Shown piece after piece: positions 1 through 9,384 of a stretch of 42,818 bases of DNA. Source of the stretch: Marinilabiliaceae bacterium (lineage in GTDB: Bacteria > Bacteroidota > Bacteroidia > Bacteroidales > Marinilabiliaceae). The position numbers and the translations under genes were made by a program. The notes under the pieces were generated by a model, which worked only from the letters and a program-made list of their open reading frames with translations, searched no databases and was not told where the DNA came from. The stretch spans positions 1 through 42,818 of the forward strand of contig JALVJU010000091.1 in assembly GCA_027034005.1 (NCBI GenBank). The letters run 5' to 3'. Numbering within the stretch: position 1 is the first letter of the stretch; every line of letters begins with the position of its first letter.

Positions 1-442
1 GAAATGCTTTGGCAATGGCATCAGGTATTTCTTCGGCCTTTGTAACCTGATAGTTCCATTTGGTCACCGGCATCGAAAGGCTTACCATGTCAGTCTCCTG
101 AAAAGCATCGGACCCCAGCAGGTGCGATGGCACCTGGGCTGTGATGAAAACCGTAGGTATGGAATCAAGATTTGCGTTGGTGATCCCTGTCAGCAGGTTA
201 GTGGCACCCGGCCCCGATGTGGCAAAGCAGACACCCGGCTTTCCTGTCACCTGAGCATAGGCCTGCGCAGCATGTGCAGCTCCCTGCTCATGACGCACAA
301 GTATATGTTTTATTTTATGGTTCTGTTCGTGCATTTTGTCGTAAATAGGCATTATGGCACCACCCGGATATCCGAAGATAGTGTCAACACCCTCTTCAAC
401 AAGCGATCGAAGGATTGCCTCAGCTCCAGTTATCTTTTTCAT
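1..442 (-). CDS. ilvB: acetolactate synthase large subunit (TPP enzyme), N-terminal part; gene runs off the window start
   Basis: Not in the ORF track because it is open at the window edge. Reverse translation from ATG (442-440) reads MKKITGAEAILRSLVEEGVDTIFGYPGGAIMPIYDKMHEQNHKIKHILVRHEQGAAHAAQAYAQVTGKPGVCFATSGPGATNLLTGI, the typical N-terminal TPP-enzyme domain of biosynthetic ALS. Confidence 0.85.
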   Translation of the reverse strand, partial: MKKITGAEAILRSLVEEGVDTIFGYPGGAIMPIYDKMHEQNHKIKHILVRHEQGAAHAAQAYAQVTGKPGVCFATSGPGATNLLTGITNANLDSIPTVFITAQVPSHLLGSDAFQETDMVSLSMPVTKWNYQVTKAEEIPDAIAKAF

Positions 443-468
443 GCTTTTAAATTTAGTTTGTGATCATT

Positions 469-816
469 CTATTTTTCTGTCGTTATCTCTGAAATTATTT
501 TTTCGTCCGACCTCAATGTTCCGTTCACATAGGCTTCTATCAATCTTTCCGGTGTATCGATCTTGATGCCGATAAAAAGATTGATCTTTTCCTGCGTGAA
601 CAATTTGATGATCGTCTTATCGATCTTGTAAACAATAAAATCGGTAATTCCCTGTTTTATCGCCCATTCAGGCAAATGAGAAATGTCGGATGGCGGCACT
701 TCTATCTCATTGCTCTTCACATTATCACCATCTATCTCGAATATCTCACAATAGTTGCATTTCTCGATATGCTCACTTAGTTTGCCTTTTATGACAGGAA
801 TAGCTACCCGCTTCAT
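469..816 (-). CDS. NifB/NifX-family (dinitrogenase FeMo-cofactor-binding fold) small protein
   Basis: 115 aa. Begins MKRVAIPV..GKLSEHIEKCNYCEIFEI, followed by LPEWAIKQGITDFIV..I and AYVNGTL, matching the family layout. Sits 26 nt upstream of ilvB on the same strand. Confidence 0.55.
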   Translation of the reverse strand: MKRVAIPVIKGKLSEHIEKCNYCEIFEIDGDNVKSNEIEVPPSDISHLPEWAIKQGITDFIVYKIDKTIIKLFTQEKINLFIGIKIDTPERLIEAYVNGTLRSDEKIISEITTEK

Positions 817-946
817 TTTTACAAATTTTGTTTTTCAGGAACAAATATGTATTAAAGTTTAAAACGGAGCACCTTATGATCTTATGAAATTTTACAGCTT
901 TTTTCCTGTAATAATTTTGTTTTTCGGGAAAACAGATAACAATTTA

Positions 947-954
947 TAACTTTG
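947..954 (+). promoter_or_regulatory. candidate Bacteroidota-type -7 promoter box
   Basis: TAACTTTG matches TAnnTTTG and lies 30 nt upstream of the GTG start at 984. A second match, TAATTTTG, is at 912-919. Confidence 0.3.
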
Positions 955-983
955 TAGCCTTAATCGGTTAAACTCCGGATATC

Positions 984-1679
984 GTGACAGGAAACAGCAA
1001 TACGGCAAACTGTAATAATTGTGAGCATTTCTCAAAGTGCTTTCAGCACCTGTTTCCCGAAGAAGTTGAGTTCATCAACGACAAAAAGATACAGCTGACT
1101 TACCTGCAGGGAGAAACACTTTTCAAGCAGGGAGCTTTCGCACCTTACGTGATGTTCGTTATCGACGGGCTTGTAAAAGTATATCTGCAGACCGGCAGCA
1201 ACAAGCAGATAAACATACGTCTCGCCGTTGAGGGGGATTACCTTGCTTTCTCATCAGTGTTCGATGAAAATATTTACAACTACTCTGCCGTTGCCCTCAA
1301 AGCCTCCATAGTGTGCATGATTGATAAAACGGCATTGAGAAAACTTTTCCTGAGCAATTCGGAATTTGCCATGCGCATAACATCACGTAACTGCCGGAAT
1401 GAAGCTTGGCTACTCGACATGGTAAAGAATATCACCTACAAACAGATGCGGGGAAAACTTGCCTCCTCCTTACTTTACCTATCGTCCGAAAATTTTTTGA
1501 AGCATAATGTTTTTCAATTCCTGACCCGTAAGGACGTTGCCGATTTTGCATCCATAACTACCGAAAGCACCATAAAATTCATCAAGGAATTTGAGAAAGA
1601 AGGCATCCTGAAATTAGAAGGTAAGGATATTTCTGTGACTGACCGAAAGAAACTTGAGGAGATAGCCAGGAACGGATAA
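984..1679 (+). CDS. Crp/Fnr family transcriptional regulator with an FNR-like N-terminal cysteine cluster
   Basis: 231 aa with a GTG start. Has a cNMP-binding-like beta-roll (LFKQGAFAPYVMFVIDGLVKVY) and a C-terminal HTH (TRKDVADFASITTESTIKFIKEFEKEG). N-terminal cysteines CNNCEHFSKC plus an internal C (IVCMID). Confidence 0.85.
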   Translation: MTGNSNTANCNNCEHFSKCFQHLFPEEVEFINDKKIQLTYLQGETLFKQGAFAPYVMFVIDGLVKVYLQTGSNKQINIRLAVEGDYLAFSSVFDENIYNYSAVALKASIVCMIDKTALRKLFLSNSEFAMRITSRNCRNEAWLLDMVKNITYKQMRGKLASSLLYLSSENFLKHNVFQFLTRKDVADFASITTESTIKFIKEFEKEGILKLEGKDISVTDRKKLEEIARNG

Positions 1680-1685
1680 GCTATC

Positions 1686-2660
1686 CTATTTTTTCCTGTT
1701 TACCGTGTAGCTCACCAGCTCTTTAAGCGACTCTTTTGCCTCACTGTCAGGATATTTTTCAAGGACATCAAGGGCACGGCTGCCATATCCCATCATTACC
1801 TTCTCTGTGTATTCAATACCGCCTTTATCTTTAACAAACTGAATGATCTCTTTTATCTTCTTGTCATTCTTGTTGTGACGGCGGACCATAGTGAGTATTT
1901 TCCTCTTCTCAGATAAAGATGAGTTTTGCAGTGCATATATCAGTGGCAGTGTCAGCTTCTTCTCCTTTATATCATTTCCCGTGGGTTTGCCTATCAGGGT
2001 GTTGTTCTCATAATCGAACAGGTCGTCGCGTATCTGAAACGCTATCCCGAGATTTTCGCCAAGCTCGCTCATCAGTTGGAGCTTATCTTCACCGGCATCC
2101 ACCGAATAGGCCCCGGCTTTTGTACATGCTGTGATCAGAGTGGCTGTCTTCTTTTTAATGATATCAAAATATACCTCCTCGGTAATATCAAGCTTTCGTG
2201 ATTTCTCTATCTGAAGCAGTTCCCCCTCACTCATCTCCTTAACGGCATTCGACACTATCTTTAAAACACCTATCTGATCATTGTCAAGAGCTATGAGCAA
2301 TCCTTTTGACAGGAAGAAATCACCCACGAGAACTGCGATCTTGGATTTCCACAAAGCATTTATCGAAAAAATACCCCTTCGCTGATATGTTTCATCAACA
2401 ACATCATCATGAATGAGTGTTGCCGAGTGAAGCAGTTCGATAAGAGTGGCAGCCATAAAAGTTGATTCCGAGACCTCTCCGTGCAGCTTTGCTGTGAGAA
2501 AAACCAGCATGGGCCGCATCTGCTTACCTTTACGCCTGATTATGTAATTGGTGATTATGCTTAACATAGGTATCTTAGTTTTGAGCTGCTTCCTGAAATA
2601 GGGCTCAAACTTAGACATCTCACCCTTTATGGGGGCTTTTATTTTATTCAGTGTCGACAT
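1686..2660 (-). CDS. ispB: long-chain polyprenyl diphosphate synthase
   Basis: 324 aa. First aspartate-rich motif LIHDDVVDE and second motif FQIRDDLFD, plus RGKQMRPMLVFL near the N-terminus. Confidence 0.9.
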   Translation of the reverse strand: MSTLNKIKAPIKGEMSKFEPYFRKQLKTKIPMLSIITNYIIRRKGKQMRPMLVFLTAKLHGEVSESTFMAATLIELLHSATLIHDDVVDETYQRRGIFSINALWKSKIAVLVGDFFLSKGLLIALDNDQIGVLKIVSNAVKEMSEGELLQIEKSRKLDITEEVYFDIIKKKTATLITACTKAGAYSVDAGEDKLQLMSELGENLGIAFQIRDDLFDYENNTLIGKPTGNDIKEKKLTLPLIYALQNSSLSEKRKILTMVRRHNKNDKKIKEIIQFVKDKGGIEYTEKVMMGYGSRALDVLEKYPDSEAKESLKELVSYTVNRKK

Positions 2661-2726
2661 CCTTCTTCCAAATCTGCTTCAAAATCGTAAAGTAAATACT
2701 TTATGATGGGAAATTAATGTTCAAAT

Positions 2727-2750
2727 TTAAAAATTAATACTAATTTTTAA
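2727..2750. promoter_or_regulatory. perfect 10-4-10 inverted repeat in the divergent ispB/arsR spacer (possible operator)
   Basis: TTAAAAATTA-ATAC-TAATTTTTAA read directly. Chance palindromes are likelier in such AT-rich context. Confidence 0.3.
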
Positions 2751-2793
2751 CTATTTATTAGCGATGTCAGAACATTTATGTGGAAACATATTT

Positions 2794-2811
2794 AATATAT
2801 TCATATATTTG
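2794..2811 (+). promoter_or_regulatory. candidate promoter -7 box overlapped by a 7-2-7 inverted repeat (possible ArsR autoregulatory operator)
   Basis: AATATAT-TC-ATATATT at 2794-2809. TATATTTG at 2804-2811 matches TAnnTTTG and lies 26 nt upstream of the ATG at 2837. Confidence 0.4.
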
Positions 2812-2836
2812 TATTGGTTGAATATTTAATCTTACC

Positions 2837-3139
2837 ATGGAAAAAATAGACATAGATACAGAGATGTTGGAGAGTGCTGCAAGCATGCTGAAAGCAATTG
2901 CACATCCAATGAGAATTGCCATCATACATATACTTGAGGAAGGCGACAAGAAAACCGTAACAGAGATACACAACCTGCTTGACATTGAGCAGTCCACCAC
3001 ATCACATCATCTTGGTATCTTAAAAGATAAAGGGGTTTTGGCGAGCAAACGTGAAGGGAAAAATACATTTTATTTTCTTAAGCACGAAAGCTTGAAGAAT
3101 ATCATAGCCTGTGTAAGCCAATGCACAGTGAAAGCATAA
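2837..3139 (+). CDS. ArsR/SmtB family transcriptional regulator
   Basis: 100 aa. Winged HTH: LKAIAHPMRIAIIHILEEGDKKTVTEIHNLLDIEQSTTSHHLGILKDKGVLASKREGKNTFYFL. Confidence 0.85.
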   Translation: MEKIDIDTEMLESAASMLKAIAHPMRIAIIHILEEGDKKTVTEIHNLLDIEQSTTSHHLGILKDKGVLASKREGKNTFYFLKHESLKNIIACVSQCTVKA

Positions 3140-3159
3140 CAAAAAAACAACTGAGGGGT

Positions 3160-3609
3160 ATGACAAGGATAAGGTTGACAAAAGAGTTCAGGTTCGAGAT
3201 GGCCCATGCATTGTGGGATTACGATGGCTTATGTAAAAATATACATGGTCATTCCTACATCCTTGCTGTCACAGTCATAGGAGAACCAAACAATGACAAA
3301 GAAAGCCCCAAATACGGGATGGTGATGGACTTTGGCGAACTAAAGCGGATAGTGAAGGAAGAGATCGTTGATCGGCTGGACCACACCTTTGTTATCAGTT
3401 CCATGTCACCCCATGAAAAATTCAAAGGCATACCCCAGATGCTCGACCGCTTTGAAGTTGTTGACTACCAGCCGACGTGCGAGAACCTGCTCATTGACTT
3501 TGTTTCAAGACTAAAAAAACGACTGCCTGAGAATGTTAAGCTTTTCAGCCTTAAACTGAACGAAACTGCAAACTCTTTTGCAGAATGGTATTCCGAAGAC
3601 AACGATTAA
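3160..3609 (+). CDS. queD: 6-carboxy-5,6,7,8-tetrahydropterin synthase (PTPS family)
   Basis: FRFEMAHAL and CKNIHGHSY(I) Zn/catalytic motifs, and DHTFV. The ORF is open from 3121, but the Met at 3160 (MTRIRLTKEF) avoids overlap with arsR. Confidence 0.85.
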   Translation: MTRIRLTKEFRFEMAHALWDYDGLCKNIHGHSYILAVTVIGEPNNDKESPKYGMVMDFGELKRIVKEEIVDRLDHTFVISSMSPHEKFKGIPQMLDRFEVVDYQPTCENLLIDFVSRLKKRLPENVKLFSLKLNETANSFAEWYSEDND

Positions 3610-3693
3610 CAGTGTCTTTACCTCTCATCCCGACAGCTTAAAGAAGTTGCCAGATACATTAAGAATATCGTTTCTTTTCTTAAAAATACATTC

Positions 3694-4908
3694 ATGAAAC
3701 CGCTTCATAAATTTTCATTATTAGCGTTTCAGCACATCACTGAACTTGTAATATTTTCAGTTCTGCTTTTCAGTTGTTCCGGTGATCAGGAGGAACAACC
3801 TACAGAAAAAAGAGGTGACCTGATAAATTCTGAACACATCACTGAATATACCGCAAGTTTTATTGAAGCAGCACTGAAAGGCTACAATGTGGATGTGGAT
3901 ATCGACATTGAATACGATGTTGATGCATACAGTATCACATACCTCACTCCCGGTCCCGACGGATCACTAACAGAAGCATCGGGCGCCCTGATGATACCCA
4001 AAGGAACCTCCGACATGCCTGCCATTTCATTTCAGCATGGTACCGAGACCATGAGAACGCTCGTTGCATCCCGGGATCCCCTCTCAACAGGTGAAGGTTT
4101 TGCTGGTATGGTATCCACATCAACAGGCTTCATCACCTTTCTGCCTGATTACCTTGGATTAGGCGTATCTGAAATACTTCACCCTTACCTTCATGCTGAA
4201 CTTTCGGCCGGGGCAGTTACTGATATGCTGCGAGCAGGGGATTCTTTCTGCAAAGAAAACAACATCACCCCGAATCATGACCTATATATAGGCGGATATT
4301 CCGAAGGTGGTTATGTAACACTGGCAGCACAGAGAGAAATAGAATCTGACAAGGATTTACCTTTCAACCTCATCGCCTCCGCCCCTGCTGCAGGACCTTA
4401 TGACCTGTACGGAACGGCAACATACCTGATACAAACAGACGAATATCCCGAGCCTGCATTCATGGCATATCTGTTCACAGCTTACAACGATGTGTACAAC
4501 TGGAACCGACTGGACGAGATATTCGCAGCTCCCTATGCGGATATGATGCCCGGCCTGTTTGACGCAACAAAAACAACAAGCAAAATAAGCAGTGAACTAC
4601 CCAAAAAGGTATCGGAACTTTTTACACAAAATTTCATCTCAGGCTTTAACAACGGGACTGAATCGGAAGTGATAAATGCCCTGAAAGAGAATACTCTGCT
4701 GTCATGGACGCCTGTCACCCCGATAAGGTTCTTTCATTCTAACGCAGACGAGATTGTACCGTATCAGAACTCATTAAATGCCATTCAGGAATTCAGGAAA
4801 AACGGGGCAACAAACATTGAACTAAAAACCATTGACGGCCTGCATCATGGTGATGCCGCTGTTCCGGCATTTACCGGCATGATAGAATGGTTTGATTCAT
4901 TGAGGTAA
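3694..4908 (+). CDS. secreted alpha/beta-hydrolase, lipase-like lipoprotein
   Basis: 404 aa. Signal/lipobox-like LLFSCSG, nucleophile elbow GGYSEGG (GxSxG), C-terminal FHSNADEIVP and HHGD consistent with Asp/His triad members. Confidence 0.6.
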   Translation: MKPLHKFSLLAFQHITELVIFSVLLFSCSGDQEEQPTEKRGDLINSEHITEYTASFIEAALKGYNVDVDIDIEYDVDAYSITYLTPGPDGSLTEASGALMIPKGTSDMPAISFQHGTETMRTLVASRDPLSTGEGFAGMVSTSTGFITFLPDYLGLGVSEILHPYLHAELSAGAVTDMLRAGDSFCKENNITPNHDLYIGGYSEGGYVTLAAQREIESDKDLPFNLIASAPAAGPYDLYGTATYLIQTDEYPEPAFMAYLFTAYNDVYNWNRLDEIFAAPYADMMPGLFDATKTTSKISSELPKKVSELFTQNFISGFNNGTESEVINALKENTLLSWTPVTPIRFFHSNADEIVPYQNSLNAIQEFRKNGATNIELKTIDGLHHGDAAVPAFTGMIEWFDSLR

Positions 4909-4998
4909 ATTTTGTTTTTACATTCTTGTTACCAGCATTTACAAATCAAGCTTTTACCATTATTGCATAATTTCGTATATTTGAGTAAAAAGATTGAT

Positions 4999-5295
4999 AT
5001 GACATCAAGAGAATACATATTATCAAAAATCAGATCTAACAAAGATGAGATTTTAAAACTCGGAATAAAGGAGATTGGAATTTTTGGATCATATGCAAGA
5101 GAGGAACAATCTGAATCTAGCGATATTGATATATTGATTGATTTTGAGCCAGATAAAGAGAACTTTGATAATTATATGGCTTTATATGAGATTATAGAAA
5201 ATCTATTTAAAGGTAAGAAAATTGAGATTGTGACTAAAAATGGATTGAGTCCATACATCGGCCCTAATATATTAAACGAAGTTGTATATGTCTAA
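4999..5295 (+). CDS. MNT-type nucleotidyltransferase (antitoxin partner of HEPN)
   Basis: GIFGSYAREEQSESSDIDILIDF, the GSxxR..DxD minimal nucleotidyltransferase motif. The ORF is open from 4912, but the Met at 4999 gives the typical ~98-aa size. Confidence 0.85.
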   Translation: MTSREYILSKIRSNKDEILKLGIKEIGIFGSYAREEQSESSDIDILIDFEPDKENFDNYMALYEIIENLFKGKKIEIVTKNGLSPYIGPNILNEVVYV

Positions 5296-5378
5296 AGAAC
5301 CTATTTGAATACCTCAAGCATATAAGGGATGAAATTAACTACATCTGCTCTGTAATAACTGACGAGGTTGATAAAGAT

Positions 5379-5636
5379 ATGTTTTTGCGAGATGAAACTC
5401 TTAAACGGGCAATTGTTCGAAGCCTAGAGATTATTGGAGAAGCAACAAAAAAGATTACTGCTGACATAAAGTATAAATGGAGTGATATTCAATGGAAAAA
5501 TATGGCAGGAATGCGTGATAAGTTAATTCATGATTATATGGGGATTAATTACAATATTGTATGGGATGTTGCAAAAAATAAAATTCCGGATTTAAAGAAA
5601 CAGATTGATAAAGTGATCTCGCAAAATGAGAAATAA
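5379..5636 (+). CDS. HEPN domain (DUF86) toxin; conserved N-terminal segment lies upstream without an in-frame start (see finding)
   Basis: RSLEIIGEA and the Rx4-6H motif RDKLIHDY. The frame stays open and DUF86-like (LKNLFEYLKHIRDEINYI) back to 5292. Confidence 0.8.
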   Translation: MFLRDETLKRAIVRSLEIIGEATKKITADIKYKWSDIQWKNMAGMRDKLIHDYMGINYNIVWDVAKNKIPDLKKQIDKVISQNEK

Positions 5637-5921
5637 CTGCTGGTAGCATGCGGTCATAAAACATTGAGGCGAAGTGGTTTTTCGAGCTACCATACTCCCA
5701 TAAAGACGTGCAGTATCTTGATAAATAAGTCACTCCGAGCCCCCCAATGCTTCATACCGCCAAACCGTTTACGATTTCCCGATATCTCATTTCCATAAGA
5801 ATATCCTTTCTCATTTATTTATACTAAAATTATCAGCTATAAAAGTGGATTTTAGGAATGTTCCTTTATTTTTGTGAATAATTAATTTTGTTAACCGGCC
5901 GGAAAGGGAAACCCTCAATGC

Positions 5922-6389
5922 ATGAAAAACATTTATTACTTAATTTCAGCGATTGTCCTAGCAGTAATTTTCGGCAGGTGCGAAAGCATGGGAGATATCT
6001 GCCTGTCGAACCAGAATGCTGCCCAGGTGGGCCTGTATACGGCACACTCGACCAGTGATAAGGACACCGTTTTGACGGAGCTTTACGTACAGGGCGTGGG
6101 CAATGACAGCATTTTGTACGAGAATGTTTCTACAAGCGACCTGTTCCTGCCCTTGGCAATGCATACCGATACATCAGCATTTACGATCAAGGTAAAAACC
6201 CTTCTCGATACTATCTGGTTTGTTTACAAAAGGAACCTTGACTATGTGTCCGGAGATTGCGGTTTTGCAGTAAACATTGAGATAGATACCATATTTTTTA
6301 CAGGAAGGTTCATTGATTCCGTTGCCATTGATTATCCGTATGTAAAATACAATGAGAACATTGAAAATGTTAAAGTATATATTGATTAG
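5922..6389 (+). CDS. hypothetical lipoprotein
   Basis: 155 aa. N-terminal signal MKNIYYLISAIVLAVIFGRC with a Cys. No recognisable catalytic motif. Overlaps the next ORF, suggesting a two-gene unit. Confidence 0.5.
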   Translation: MKNIYYLISAIVLAVIFGRCESMGDICLSNQNAAQVGLYTAHSTSDKDTVLTELYVQGVGNDSILYENVSTSDLFLPLAMHTDTSAFTIKVKTLLDTIWFVYKRNLDYVSGDCGFAVNIEIDTIFFTGRFIDSVAIDYPYVKYNENIENVKVYID

Positions 6390-7038
6390 CCTGTTCATCT
6401 TTATCTTTACTGATATCAGTGCCCAGACCGTGGTGTTGAAAAAGAACGAGGTCAAGAAGGAGCAGAGCGGTATCTCTTTCGGTATCGACATTGCCCCATT
6501 CATAATGCTTGCATTTCAGCCTGAAAGAAAAGGTACTGCTTTCATTGGAAGATACCGCTTTAAAAGCAACTGGTACATAATAGGAGAAATGGGCTTTGCC
6601 AATGTGAATTTTGACAAGAGCAGTTATGCCTATAAATCGAACGGAGGATTTCTGAAGATCGGTATGGACTATAACTTTTTCAAGTCAAAAAAACCGGGGA
6701 ACAACGACAATATCACGGCCGGTATACGATACGGCATTGCCACACAAAGCCATCAAAGTCCTAGGTACACTATCATTGATGACTACTGGGGTGATTACAC
6801 GGGCAGTATAGGACTTAGCAATGTGACATCACACTATGTGGATCTTGTAGCAGGAATAAGGACTGAAGTACTGAAGAACTTCTACATGGGATGGACCTTG
6901 AGACTGAAAACGTTGATATCCGCAAATACGAGCAATGTCCTTGAGCCATATACCATTCCGGGTTACGGCAAAGGGGACAACAATGTAAATCTTGGATTTA
7001 CATATACCTTGGAGTATGCAATACCTTTTAAGAAGTAA
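6352..7038 (+). CDS. hypothetical secreted protein, outer-membrane beta-barrel-like
   Basis: Signal peptide LISLFIFIFTDISAQ, alternating aromatic/Gly beta-strand pattern, and a C-terminal aromatic-rich end (YTLEYAIPFKK). The start may be the Met at 6367. Confidence 0.5.
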   Translation: MRTLKMLKYILISLFIFIFTDISAQTVVLKKNEVKKEQSGISFGIDIAPFIMLAFQPERKGTAFIGRYRFKSNWYIIGEMGFANVNFDKSSYAYKSNGGFLKIGMDYNFFKSKKPGNNDNITAGIRYGIATQSHQSPRYTIIDDYWGDYTGSIGLSNVTSHYVDLVAGIRTEVLKNFYMGWTLRLKTLISANTSNVLEPYTIPGYGKGDNNVNLGFTYTLEYAIPFKK

Positions 7039-7054
7039 AAAACATCAATAATAA

Positions 7055-7636
7055 ATGATGAAAGACGTCTGCATCTACTGTGCATCAAGTACAAGCATTG
7101 ACAAGAAATATATTGAGGCTGCTGAACTTTTGACCGAAAAACTGGTAAAAAACGGTTACGGTATAGTGTATGGAGGTGGAGAAGTGGGGCTCATGGGAGC
7201 AGTTGCCAATAAGGCCCTTTCCCTGAATGGACGTGTTACCGGTGTAATCCCACGCTTCATGGTCAAAGTGGAGTGGGCACACAAAGGGGTGAAGAACATG
7301 GTACAGGTGGAAACAATGGCAGAAAGGAAAACAAAACTTGTAGAAGGAGTATCCGCAGTCATTGCCCTTCCCGGTAGCACCGGAACCCTGGATGAACTCA
7401 TCGATATCCTATCACTGAAAAAACTGGGAAAATTCACCAGGCCTGTAATCATCGTCAACTCTTTCGGGTTTTATGACCATCTCCTTTCGCTTTTCGACAA
7501 GATGATAGAAGAACGGTTCATGCGTCCCGAGCACCGGGAACTATGGACTGTAATCGAAAATCCTGAAGATATAATCGAAGCAATAGACAATGCCCCAAAA
7601 TGGAACGAAGATGCAATAAAAATCGCTGCCGTTTAA
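7055..7636 (+). CDS. LOG family (TIGR00730-type) nucleotide phosphoribohydrolase
   Basis: 193 aa. GGGEVGLMGAVA and LPGSTGTLDEL (PGGxGTxxE-type motif). Confidence 0.85.
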   Translation: MMKDVCIYCASSTSIDKKYIEAAELLTEKLVKNGYGIVYGGGEVGLMGAVANKALSLNGRVTGVIPRFMVKVEWAHKGVKNMVQVETMAERKTKLVEGVSAVIALPGSTGTLDELIDILSLKKLGKFTRPVIIVNSFGFYDHLLSLFDKMIEERFMRPEHRELWTVIENPEDIIEAIDNAPKWNEDAIKIAAV

Positions 7637-7735
7637 AAGAGTATTTTATAAAATATTTTTTGAAATTAAAGTAACCGTAACCCTGTTTTATCGTAGTATC
7701 GTTAAAAATCAACAAACCGGAAACATCAGTCAAAT

Positions 7736-8584
7736 ATGATCAACGGGAAGTCCTATCTTTTTTCTAAGCATAACGGCACTGCCAATACCGGGGTTGACAC
7801 ATTGATGGCTGTATCTGAAAATGCCCAAACAGGCTCAAAGGACACACTGCAAAACACAGGGAATGCAGGAGATCCCGGAATATTTGTTCATGAATCGGTC
7901 TCTTTACCGAAGCCAACACCACGAAAAAGCACATCCCCTTTAACAGCCTACAATGAATGGCTGGCTGTTCTGCTAATCCTTTCCGTAACTGTTACCGGCC
8001 TAGTACGTCTGACATCGATAAAATATCTGGGTGAACTGTTCCGTGCAACGTTTAATATGCAGGCCGCAAATAAAATGTTCACTTCGGTCAATATTCGCAA
8101 CTCAAAGCCTTCGTGGGTTTTATCTGCTCTTTTCATCTTCAACACAGGGATATTTATTTTTGAAGCATTAGTGTTTTACGGCAATACGATATTCGGTCTG
8201 ACCGGGTTTCCCCTTTTGATTGCCATATGGATATTACTGCTTATTTTCGGATTAGTAAAAATATTTTTATATCGTATCACGGGATTTGTTTTTGATACTT
8301 CAGGCCCCACTATTGAGTATCTTTTTAACTCATCTTTGTTGAACAAGATATACGCTATTGTACTTCTGCCGTTAATTTCTTTGATCCCTTTCATAAATGT
8401 GTGGATGGTTCCAAATTTTATAAAACTGGGAATAGGGATCTTCATTTCGCTCTATATTTTGCAATTAATAAGAGGAGCTTCAATAATTTTGCAAAATACA
8501 TTTTCTCTTTTTTATATGTTTTTGTACTTTTGTGCGCTGGAAATTTTACCCTTGGTAATTTTTTACATGATCCTTATTAATTAG
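7736..8584 (+). CDS. multi-pass membrane protein, DUF4271-like
   Basis: 282 aa. Soluble N-terminus, then about six hydrophobic helices. Sits directly upstream of hemD-like, an arrangement I recall as typical of Bacteroidota DUF4271 genes. Confidence 0.55.
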   Translation: MINGKSYLFSKHNGTANTGVDTLMAVSENAQTGSKDTLQNTGNAGDPGIFVHESVSLPKPTPRKSTSPLTAYNEWLAVLLILSVTVTGLVRLTSIKYLGELFRATFNMQAANKMFTSVNIRNSKPSWVLSALFIFNTGIFIFEALVFYGNTIFGLTGFPLLIAIWILLLIFGLVKIFLYRITGFVFDTSGPTIEYLFNSSLLNKIYAIVLLPLISLIPFINVWMVPNFIKLGIGIFISLYILQLIRGASIILQNTFSLFYMFLYFCALEILPLVIFYMILIN

Positions 8585-8634
8585 GGATCTAATTTAGGAT
8601 AAGGTATTGGTTTGTTGAATTAAAACAGAGAGCG

Positions 8635-9384
8635 TTGAAAATTAAGAGAATTTTGGTGTCACAGCCTAAGCCCACAACCCCCAAATCACCGTATGCTGAT
8701 TTAGCAGAAAAAAACAATCTGAAGATCGATTTTCGCCCTTTTATTCAAGTAGAAGGGGTTCCGGCTAAAGAATTCCGAAAACAGAGGATCAACATTCTTG
8801 ATCATAGCGCTGTAATTTTCACAAGCCGCACCGCCATCGATCACTTTTTCAGAATTGCGGAAGAGTTGCGTGTTGCTGTGCCTGATACAATGAAATATTT
8901 TTGTATCTCTGAAGCCACTGCATATTATCTTCAAAAATACATTGTTTACCGCAAGCGCAAGATATTTCACTCTACAGGCCGTTTCAGTGACCTTGTTGAA
9001 GTACTGAAGAAGCACCGGGAAGAAAAGTTTTTGGTACCGCTCTCTGACATACACAAGCAGGAAATACCAAGCCTTTTGAACAAAAACAAGATCAATTACA
9101 CAAAGGCTATTTTGTACCGAACAGTAAGTAGTGACCTAAGTGATCTTAAAGACGTAAACTACGATGTACTTGTGTTTTTCAGCCCATCAGGAATCAAGTC
9201 CTTGTTGCAAAATTTCCCTGACTTCAAACAAAATGACACCAAGATTGCATCTTTCGGCCCTGCAACCGCAAAAGCAGTTAAAGATGCCGGCCTGCGCCTT
9301 GACATACAAGCCCCGATGCCTCAGGCCCCTTCAATGGCAATGGCACTGGAGCAATTCATAAAAAAGCACAACAAGAGGAAGTAA
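8635..9384 (+). CDS. hemD: uroporphyrinogen-III synthase
   Basis: 249 aa with a TTG start. KRILVSQPKP, AVIFTSRTAIDHFF and VFFSPSGIKSL match the two-lobed HemD layout. Confidence 0.75.
   Translation: MKIKRILVSQPKPTTPKSPYADLAEKNNLKIDFRPFIQVEGVPAKEFRKQRINILDHSAVIFTSRTAIDHFFRIAEELRVAVPDTMKYFCISEATAYYLQKYIVYRKRKIFHSTGRFSDLVEVLKKHREEKFLVPLSDIHKQEIPSLLNKNKINYTKAILYRTVSSDLSDLKDVNYDVLVFFSPSGIKSLLQNFPDFKQNDTKIASFGPATAKAVKDAGLRLDIQAPMPQAPSMAMALEQFIKKHNKRK

Noticed and set aside
122-566. Two plus-strand ORFs (113 and 70 aa) at the window start
   Set aside because: They are antisense to the unmistakable ilvB N-terminal coding sequence.
5637-5921. 285-nt gap after the HEPN gene containing a 62-aa minus-strand ORF (5545-5733) and a 7-bp complementarity (TGGTAGC…GCTACCA), as a possible gene remnant or insertion scar of the TA cassette
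   Set aside because: The translations in all frames match no family I recognise, and no direct or inverted terminal repeats flank the TA pair.
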